From contig JANKJI020000002.1 of the NCBI GenBank assembly GCA_024626585.2, forward strand, positions 207,192,371 to 207,212,729: a stretch of 20,359 nt of DNA, given 5' to 3'. The notes beneath the pieces are model-generated. The model had not been told where the DNA came from, did not search any database, and saw only the letters and a list, made by a program, of their open reading frames with translations. Shown here piece after piece: positions 12,145 through 20,359 of this stretch. The stretch's first letter is position 1, and every line of letters starts with the position of its first letter. Position numbers and translations under genes: made by a program. This DNA comes from Ginkgo biloba. Taxonomy: Eukaryota > Plantae > Ginkgophyta.

Positions 12145-13985
12145 ATATGCCTGTTCCAGAGACGGCAGTGGAGACGGATTTTTCCAAATGGATCGATCAA
12201 CGGATACCAGATTCTGAGATTGAGCATGAAGAAAGAAAACTTTTGCCACAACAGATGACTTCAAAGCAAAAGGCAGAAGGTAATGACAATTACACACCAT
12301 CTCCTTATTATCAAGACCAGCAGTGGTCAGGGGATGTAAGATTTTGTCAGACATCATTCAATCCATCTGTAAGGCCACCTGTTATGCAGAATCAGACACA
12401 AAGTAATNNNNNNNNNNNNNNNNNNNNNNNNNNNNNNNNNNNNNNNNNNNNNNNNNNNNNNNNNNNNNNNNNNNNNNNNNNNNNNNNNNNNNNNNNNNNN
12501 NNNNNNNNNNNNNNNNNNNNNNNNNNNNNNNNNNNNNNNNNNNNNNNNNNNNNNNNNNNNNNNNNNNNNNNNNNNNNNNNNNNNNNNNNNNNNNNNNNNN
12601 NNNNNNNNNNNNNNNNNNNNNNNNNNNNNNNNNNNNNNNNNNNNNNNNNNNNNNNNNNNNNNNNNNNNNNNNNNNNNNNNNNNNNNNNNNNNNNNNNNNN
12701 NNNNNNNNNNNNNNNNNNNNNNNNNNNNNNNNNNNNNNNNNNNNNNNNNNNNNNNNNNNNNNNNNNNATGTTGAACTCAATTTGTTCAACTCCACATGCG
12801 ATTGAAAAGCATGGTAAAGCACCCTGCTTTGGGAATATGAGGGATCAAACAAAATCACAACAATGTGGAAGGCAGAATCAGCATTACTTGCAAGAATCAA
12901 GTACAAGTAATCATCCAGGAAGAAACAATAATGGTTGCCAGCAGTTCCACTCAAAATACATGACTAGAGAGGAAATTGAAAGCATATTTCGAATGCAGCA
13001 TGCATCATCTCATAGTAACAATCCTTATGTAGATGATTACTACCATGAAGCTGTTGTAGCAAAGAATACAGCCGGTACTCCTAGAAAACATTCTTTTGCA
13101 CCATCTTCTCTTTGTGAATTGCCTTCCCATACAAGGGCAGCAGCAGAACAAAATGCATTTTTTCAGGTAGATGGTCTTGGAAGGGTACCATTTTCTTCAA
13201 TTCACAGGCCTCGCCCACTTCATGATCAGTCCGTGACAAATGCATCAGGTGATACCCTTAGAGAATCTAACTCAAGCAATAAGCCACTTGAGCAGGAATC
13301 GATGGTGGCAGTAAGGATTGTTATAGAGGATGGCTTGTGTCTTCTTCTTGATGTGGATGATATCAATCGGCTTTTGCAAGTTTCTCAACACCCTGATGAC
13401 AATGCACTAAGGAGAAGGCGCCAATTTCTTCTTGAATGTCTAGCAGCTTCTCTTCAGCTAGTTGATCCTCTTGTAGCAGACAATGGTGGTCATTCTGTGG
13501 GCCTGGCTCTTAAAGATGACCTTGTATTTTTACAGATGGTCTCTCTTCTGAAGGGCAGAAAGCTGTTGTCCAAGTACATTCAGCTTCTTGATCCTGGAAG
13601 CGAACTTGCACGTATTGTGTCAATGGCAGTTTTCCGTCATCTACGGTTCTTGTTTGGTGGCCTACCTGCAGATTCTAGTGCTGCAGCAACCACTACAAAT
13701 CTTGCCAAGTCTATGACCTCCAGTGTCAGAAACATGGATCTAAGTACCCTAAGTGCTTGTTTGGCAGCTGTTGCATGTTCAACAGAGCAGCCACCACTCC
13801 GTCCTCTGGGAAGTAATGCTGGTGATGGTGCAACAGTGATTCTGAAGGCTGTGCTTGAAAGAGCTACAAATCTCTTAACAGATCCCCTTGCAGCTTACAC
13901 CATGTCAAACAGGGCTCTTTGGCAAGCATCTTTTGATGCCTTTTTTACTTTATTGTCAAAATATTGTAGTAATAAATATGATAAT
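12145..13985 (+). CDS. PAT1: Protein PAT1 homolog (plant mRNA-decapping activator), large exon encoding the middle region and most of the C-terminal domain; contains a 360-N gap at 12408-12767
   Basis: ORF 12147-14048 carries plant PAT1 signatures: QFHSKYMTREEIESIFRMQHASSHSNNPYVDDYYHEA, FFQVDGLGRVPFSSIHRPRPL, KPLEQESMVAVRIVIEDGLCLLLDVDDINR, KGRKLLSKYIQLL, AVFRHLRFLFGGLP, ACLAAVACSTEQPPLRPLGSNAGDGATVILKAVLERA, ALWQASFDAFF..LSKYC..KYD. Similarity stops after KYDN (13985). The ATG at 12147 is probably internal because it lies 2 nt behind a splice acceptor. Confidence 0.95.
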
Positions 13986-14679
13986 TCATATCATTTTGCT
14001 CATAGGAGACCAGTAAGGATTCATTTAGCTTTAAAAATAATAAGGTGAAGTCTATACTTGATTGACCTAGGTTTTTAAAATTTTTTGTAGGGTTTTATAG
14101 CCTTCTCTCACCTACATGTTTGTAATATAGTACACTCAAATCCCTCACAAAACCACTATCTAGATGGAAAATAGAGATAATATCATTAATGGTTGGGAGT
14201 CCACTCTCAAACAATGATCAATAGGTATGACCATGTGACTGAGCTTGTGCTTCTAGAAATGGAAAACCTCATCTTAACCATGTAACATTGTCTGGGCAAG
14301 TTTTGATCACTCGAATGATACTCTTCTTTATCATATGCCACTAGCTACTACTACCTCTTCTTCAACAATGATAACATTCTCAATTTATACTTCCTTCCTT
14401 CCCATTAAATTTTATTGGTTCAATGCCTTTTTCATTAACTACTAAATTTTGTTAGTTTTAAAATTCATCATGGAAAACATAATGCTCCAATGGGCTAATA
14501 TTTGGGTCAAACTAAAGATTTTAAAACAACCGTTTATTTTCATTCTCACTAATTGATCATTTGTACGTCAAAGGATTGNNNNNNNNNNNNNNNNNNNNNN
14601 NNNNNNNNNNNNNNNNNNNNNNNNNNNNNNNNNNNNNNNNNNNNNNNNNNNNNNNNNNNNNNNNNNNNNNNNNNNNNNA

Positions 14680-14838
14680 ATGAACAAGGAAATGCCTATG
14701 GAGCTTCTGAGAGCTGGCATTCCTCACACAAATGAGCACCAAAGAAAACTTCTTTTGGAGCTTGCCCAAAGATCGACTGGGTTTATATTGCAAAAGAGTA
14801 GGGAGCAGAATTTGAATACTGCAGCAGTTCCAGGCTAA
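14680..14838 (+). CDS. PAT1: PAT1 C-terminal coding segment including the stop codon (its 5' boundary is hidden in the N-gap)
   Basis: Not in the ORF track (<60 aa). Manual translation: MNKEMPMELLRAGIPHTNEHQRKLLLELAQRSTGFILQKSREQNLNTAAVPG*(TAA 14836-14838). This matches the plant PAT1 C-terminus as I recall it (REMPxELLRxSxPHxxExQxxxLxxFxxRS). Confidence 0.92.
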   Translation: MNKEMPMELLRAGIPHTNEHQRKLLLELAQRSTGFILQKSREQNLNTAAVPG

Positions 14839-17414
14839 TTATGATTTTACTGCTGAAAGCTGCAATTTTGGTATTAAGGGTGAGAACACCTTATCCATAT
14901 ATTTGACCTGATATCAAGCCAGGATATTCTGGCTTCGTGCAACAAACATAGAATTGAAGTATTCATCTATGGGGGGTGAAATATGGAAATATACTTTATC
15001 TTTGCTGATGTAATGCTATCACACTCATGGTACTGAAGTAACAGTTCTGATTATGTTTCACCACTTTGCTGGTTATTTTGGGTGATCCATTACATCTGCT
15101 CATTGCTTTACTGGAGAGAGGTGATGGTTACATAATCATATGTAATANNNNNNNNNNCTGTTGGATTGTATGTAATATGATCTTCAACTAATTTGAGGTA
15201 CAGCCTTCCAGAGGAAATATACTATGAAGGTTGGAGTTCAGTTTCATTGTCATCAAGTTCAGAATATTGCCATCTTATACTAAGGATTGTATATCTCGCA
15301 GTCAATATGTTGTCTGTTTCTGAGGTTGGCTTATTTCCCACTTGTGGGAATCAGATAAGCTCCTTGTGATCTTCTTGGCATTCTACTTCTGAATGCAACT
15401 GGGCTTAAATTTTATGGATATGCACAAACTGAGTAGTTGATTTTCATGATGCAACTAAGTCTCTTTCTGAATGGACCAGTATGTGATTTTCCTTAATATT
15501 TGAATCAAGAACCTCCAATAAAAAAATGGTCAATACTAAGATTCCAGGTGGTTTGTTGAATACAGCTTTTAACTTTATTTTCGAAAGCCATGATATTGTG
15601 ATGCGTAAATAGATAAATTCATTAGTATGTGAGGAGTATTTGAAGCTCATACTGATGTGGTTCAGATCTAGATTAACTCTGCAGCAATACCAGCATTGGC
15701 AGTTCTTATATCTTTAATACTGAGAAATATCTTCTTACTTCAATTTGGAGTTTTGGTTTATGCTATAACTTTTGTCGTTTTTCATTCACTGGCAGCTCCA
15801 ATGTAAATGGTTATTTATTATTTAAATTACCAGACATGTTGCATGTCCGAAGCACACTGTGAATGGTTGAGTGAGGCATACCCTAAAATGTCCTTGAGTT
15901 AGCGACTGTGTGTTCTGTATGGGGCATAACAAATAATTTAACGTAAGGCCCTTGCCAGAGTGAGCCAGCTTGACTTCTGGGCAGATTCTTGTGCAGTCAC
16001 TATGTGGAAGTTGCCTTAGCTGAAGTGCTTACTCCAGTACTGAAGGAGAGCTTGGCCCTTTCAGATCTATTGCCCAATCTTGCCGAGGTTCTCATGTATA
16101 CAGGCCATTTTGTACTGGCTGTTTCTTAGGCTCAAATAATTTACTAAGCATGTAACTGGTAAGATGCAGTTTCTTTCCCTGGTTTAATTATGGAGATTTG
16201 ATGATTGTTTATTTCCTTAATAATCAGTCTCTCAATTGTTTGGTTGGCTTGACAGTCATTGACAGCCAGTCAGCTCTAATATGCAGAACCAAATGCAATA
16301 TAAGTGTGCATTGATGTGTCAGATAACACCTATGCACATCCTAATCATTGGTTTTATGCTTGGACCCTGTTTTTATGGATTGCCTAATTCTTAGTTGTGC
16401 ACGATTGAGTATCTGTTATCTTAGTAGTTCATCCTTGCATGTCTCTCTGACTATTGATAGGTTTATTAATTGAAACATCCTCGATTCTTTTCCAATTCTC
16501 CGAAGGTTTGAAAAGCTTGGGAGGAGCTGGGAGATGTGGTTTCTTGTTAATAAGAGACAAAGAGTTAAGTATGATGGTGAGTATCATTTTGATTTAGAAG
16601 CTAAGGAAACAAGTCCTGTTATATGATTGTTCTGTCAATGGCGGAATTGTAATGACAAATGATTTGATAATTATATCAAATTAAGTGGTGGTCTTCATAC
16701 TGTCCTTATGTTCATGGGTTTCATTGTTATTCATGCGCTGTAAGTTGTCTGGGCATTTGATAGATATTTGGAGGAAGCTTTGCAAGCTATAAATTGTAGT
16801 TTGAGTGAAGGAGATCTCAACTTTGTCTCAATGTCAGAGGGCATCTTCTCAAATTTTGAATTTTTCTTTCCAACAGCCTATTAAGTGGTGGCTATGTTCT
16901 TTTCCAATTGCCTTCCATTTGAATAAAGAGTTGTGGTCTTGGGTGTATCTATCTCTTGGATCCTATAGGTTATTGGTTTGAATGTATCATGGCATTTAAT
17001 GTATTATGTTTAGGTGGTTTATGTCTGATCATGCCAAGTAGTAGTGTGAATAGTTGCAGCTATGACCAGTTATATCTTAGCCATAAACTCCTAAAATATG
17101 TTTCTTCCTATTACCAACCCTTTTCATTAGATGGTGAACATGACTTTTGGCTGTTTTCTGTCTGTATCTAGTTCTTGGATATGCATACCCATACAAAAAA
17201 TGAGAGGTGTACCNNNNNNNNNNNNNNNNNNNNNNNNNNNGTGGGTTCTCCTAATACACCGAACTGTTCAAGGAATCAGAAACTCGAGAAGATTAATTCC
17301 AATGACATATTACAGTGAATTGTCGAGGTCTACGTATATTCTTGTGCATACCCTTTTGTGAAATAACACAATTATGATCCTTTATTATCCTTGATATTCT
17401 TAAATACTAATATA

Positions 17415-17462
17415 AATTATTACTTTCTCTAGTAATAATTATAATTAGAGAAAGTAATAATT
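17415..17462. repeat. Perfect 17-bp inverted repeat with 14-nt spacer
   Basis: AATTATTACTTTCTCTA (17415-17431) and its exact reverse complement TAGAGAAAGTAATAATT (17446-17462). Confidence 0.9.
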
Positions 17463-18263
17463 ATCACTAGTATTCCACGTGTTTGCTTCATAACAAGGTG
17501 CCTCCACTTGAAATTGCTTCATCTTTAAAACGGTTGAGATGTGGATGCTTTTGTACGATGGTTTTTGGCTTCAAAGAAGCAACTTTATATACTTTCTTTG
17601 AATAGGAGGGCTAGAGATGTTTGGCCCTGTTTAGTACATAGCTTTTCACTTCTAGATGGTACTTTCTGAGAGCTAGACAGAGAATGAGTAAATACATTGC
17701 TTCTTCTAGCGTATGTCTAGGGTCGCAGGTCATAAGCGACCCTAAGAGAGAGGATGCTCAGAGGATTAGACAATCGCCTGAGCATCCAACAGGGCTCCCT
17801 ATAGACATTACTCCTCATCTTGGTCCACTGGACAGCCAACCCAAACATCTAGGAGGACCTCCAAGAAGATTTTCAAATTGACCACCTCTATCCATGGCGG
17901 TATTCTTTTTCACTTCTACGAGGGGACTTGAACCTTCTACATTTGGAGAGAGACTTCTTTTTCTTCCTCTCCTTCAATTACCAGNNNNNNNNNNNNNNNN
18001 NNNNNNNNNNNNNNNNNNNNNNNNNNNNTCCATCACTGGATGATATCCTTAACAATAGGTCTTGGGGTACTCTATGCCTTGTGCGTCTTTTTTGTCTTGA
18101 CGTCCTAGCACGTGGCATTCAGCTCAACCCAAGGACAATGCTCTACATTTGCCCCCTTCTTTAGGGCTTATCTTCCTATCTTAAAGTTGTATCTCATAAA
18201 TGATTTTGTTTTCTACAATTGAGGTATATTTTACGTATACTTTATGTATTTGTTTTTGTTGTT

Positions 18264-18424
18264 TTTCCTTGTGTTTTTATTTAGGTAGTTTGGAGTGCTT
18301 TATGCACTCCCTCCGCATATCGTGGGAATTGTGCCAAGGAAGTGCCTTATGCTTTTGGAGTAATACATGTTTTTTAGTTTCCTTGTGTTTTTGTAAGGTT
18401 GGTTGGAGTGCTTTACGCACTCCA
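18264..18424. repeat. Imperfect ~46-bp direct repeat (period ~113), each copy ending in a GGAGTGC-N5-GCACTCC stem-loop
   Basis: TTTCCTTGTGTTTTT...TTGGAGTGCTTTATGCACTCC (18264-18310) and TTTCCTTGTGTTTTT...TTGGAGTGCTTTACGCACTCC (18378-18423). Confidence 0.85.
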
Positions 18425-19993
18425 TTAAAGTCCATTTGCACAATTGGCATGATTGATGATGAGTAACCCTTGAAAACCCATGTAAGTGATGTANNNNNNN
18501 NNNNNNNNNNNNNNNNNNNNNNNNNNNNNNNNNNNNNNNNNNNNNNNNNNNNNNNNNNNNNNNNNNNNNNNNNNNNNNNNNNNNNNNNNNNNNNNNNNNN
18601 NNNNNNNNNNNNNNNNNNNNNNNNNNNNNNNNNNNNNNNNNNNNNNNNNNNNNNNNNNNNNNNNNNNNNNNNNNNNNNNNNNNNNNNNNNNNNNNNNNNN
18701 NNNNNNNNNNNNNNNNNNNNNNNNNNNNNNNNNNNNNNNNNNNNNNNNNNNNNNNNNNNNNNNNNNNNNNNNNNNNNNNNNNNNNNNNNNNNNNNNNNNN
18801 NNNNNNNNNNNNNNNNNNNNNNNNNNNNNNNNNNNNNNNNNNNNNNNNNNNNNNNNNNNNNNNNNNNNNNNNNNNNNNNNNNNNNNNNNNNNNNNNNNNN
18901 NNNNNNNNNNNNNNNNNNNNNNNNNNNNNNNNNNNNNNNNNNNNNNNNNNNNNNNNNNNNNNNNNNNNNNNNNNNNNNNNNNNNNNNNNNNNNNNNNNNN
19001 NNNNNNNNNNNNNNNNNNNNNNNNNNNNNNNNNNNNNNNNNNNNNNNNNNNNNNNNNNNNNNNNNNNNNNNNNNNNNNNNNNNNNNNNNNNNNNNNNNNN
19101 NNNNNNNNNNNNNNNNNNNNNNNNNNNNNNNNNNNNNNNNNNNNNNNNNNNNNNNNNNNNNNNNNNNNNATATACATCACATTCATATATGAACTTCAAA
19201 AACAAGGTTGACCAACCAAGAGTTTATTGTTTATACAGTAGAGAAGTTTAGTATTTTCCGAGCTCAAGCACACCTATCTAGAAGATAAAGGAATCTTCCT
19301 TGTCTCTCTTTTCATGCCCTTCTACAAGAAGGATTATCGTGCCTTACGATATGTTTTATGAAACTGGCATGCCCCATGAATGGTACAAAATATGCTCCAC
19401 GTAGCATTCTCTTTTTAAAATTGGAAGATGAAATTGTTAACAAAAAATGGTTTTGTTAGGAATATTAGAGTTGAATCAATAGCATCACAATCTTGGACAA
19501 GGGCATTGGACTGTGATGACAATGATGTTGCATTTGATACATTAGACATAGGGCATTGTGTTTGGCAAGCATAATCATTCATGGCCATGTTTGATTGTCA
19601 GTGATCAAACAATGGTTGGGAATGCAAGCATTTGATGAAGTTAAAATGGTTTTGGAAGTAAAGAGAAAGAGAGATGAAAGATGCTAGAGTCATTTTGTCA
19701 CCTAATAAAGGAGACAAAGTTTTGGGATCTCAAACCCTTGATAGACCATTTGTTGTGGATCTCACAAATGAGGATGTCTCCTAGTAAGGACAATTATACC
19801 TTTCTAGAAACACCAATGCAAATACCTATAATCTCATTGACATTGATGAGATTGGATCTCTGCATATTGAAGTTGAAGAAGCAAATGATAAAGAGGGCAA
19901 CTCTACTGTACAAAATGATATAATTGTTATGGATGAACAAGATGGTTGAGTGCAGTGCATTCAAAGAAAATTGGAAGGATTTTTACAAGAGAC

Positions 19994-20152
19994 TTCAACT
20001 AAAGTCATTGAACTTCGAGTTTTGGGCAATTATTAACTATTAAGTTTTTCATAAAGTTTATTGTGTAGAATGTTCAATTGAAGCCATTAAACTTCAAGTT
20101 TTAGACAAGTATAGGTACTAATTATTAAGTTTTTCATTTAGTTTATTGTGTA
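19994..20152. repeat. Degenerate tandem duplication, ~79-bp unit, 2 copies
   Basis: TTCAACTAAAGTCATTGAACTTCGAGTTTT...TATTAAGTTTTTCATAAAGTTTATTGTGTA (19994) versus TTCAATTGAAGCCATTAAACTTCAAGTTTT...TATTAAGTTTTTCATTTAGTTTATTGTGTA (20073). Confidence 0.8.
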
Positions 20153-20359
20153 TGTAGTGTTGTATATTCAATAAGTATGTATTTAGTATTTAATGATTGT
20201 ATACATTTTGAATATACATCAAACCTAGATATAATCCTTATTTCTGATGTACTCAATTGGTAGGAGTTATGAGGGAATGACCCCCATGCACGTTGCGGAA
20301 GCGATTTGTTGAACCAAGGGAGTAATCAGATCTTTCTATCACTTCTATGTTCTTTGTCT

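Noticed and set aside
12382-12954. Minus-strand ORFs overlapping PAT1 (also 11964-12357)
   Set aside because: Antisense shadows of the real exon, partly N-derived, with no recognisable motifs.
13986-14048. ORF-track C-terminus SYHFAHRRPVRIHLALKIIR as the true PAT1 end
   Set aside because: No similarity to PAT1. The conserved C-terminus is at 14680-14838.
15997-16087. Exon-like stretch (HYVEVALAEVLTPVLKESLALSDLLPNLAE) downstream of PAT1
   Set aside because: Weak donor (GTTCTC), no recognisable family and no partner exons found. It could be 3' UTR or intergenic.
17260-18493. Possible solo LTR
   Set aside because: Composition is suggestive, but no TG...CA termini, TSD, PBS or second copy can be shown because gaps flank the region.
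8323-19211. Long ORFs of 167-328 aa at 8323-9309, 10785-11457 and 18300-19211
   Set aside because: Almost entirely X. They exist only because N-runs contain no stop codons.
19210-19990. Purine-rich, coding-looking stretch as a DNA-transposon transposase remnant
   Set aside because: All frames are broken and I could not identify a diagnostic motif. BLASTX against a TE protein library would be needed.

Overview
AT-rich, CpG-depleted eukaryotic DNA from a gappy draft scaffold (15 N-runs). It looks like a land plant with a large, TE-rich genome; gymnosperm- or fern-like is my inference. The one confidently recognisable host gene is a plus-strand plant PAT1 homolog (mRNA-decapping activator, LSM1-7 partner). 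Its large exon runs ~12145-13985 behind a canonical 3' splice site. The conserved C-terminal helices (KEMPMELLRAGIPHTNEHQRKLLLELAQRS...stop) are not in the supplied ORF. They sit ~700 nt downstream at 14680-14838, beyond ~590 nt of unrelated AT-rich sequence and a 100-N gap, so the C-terminal domain is split by an intron, an insertion or a mis-assembly. No N-terminal PAT1 exon was confidently found. The first ~900 bp are a decayed Ty3/Gypsy integrase. The rest is mostly unassignable, probably TE-derived, sequence with small tandem, direct and inverted repeats, plus two CpG-retaining patches with splice-like signals. Most long ORFs in the track are artefacts of translating through Ns. I see no supportable evidence for a novel multi-gene system, CRISPR array or structural RNA gene.
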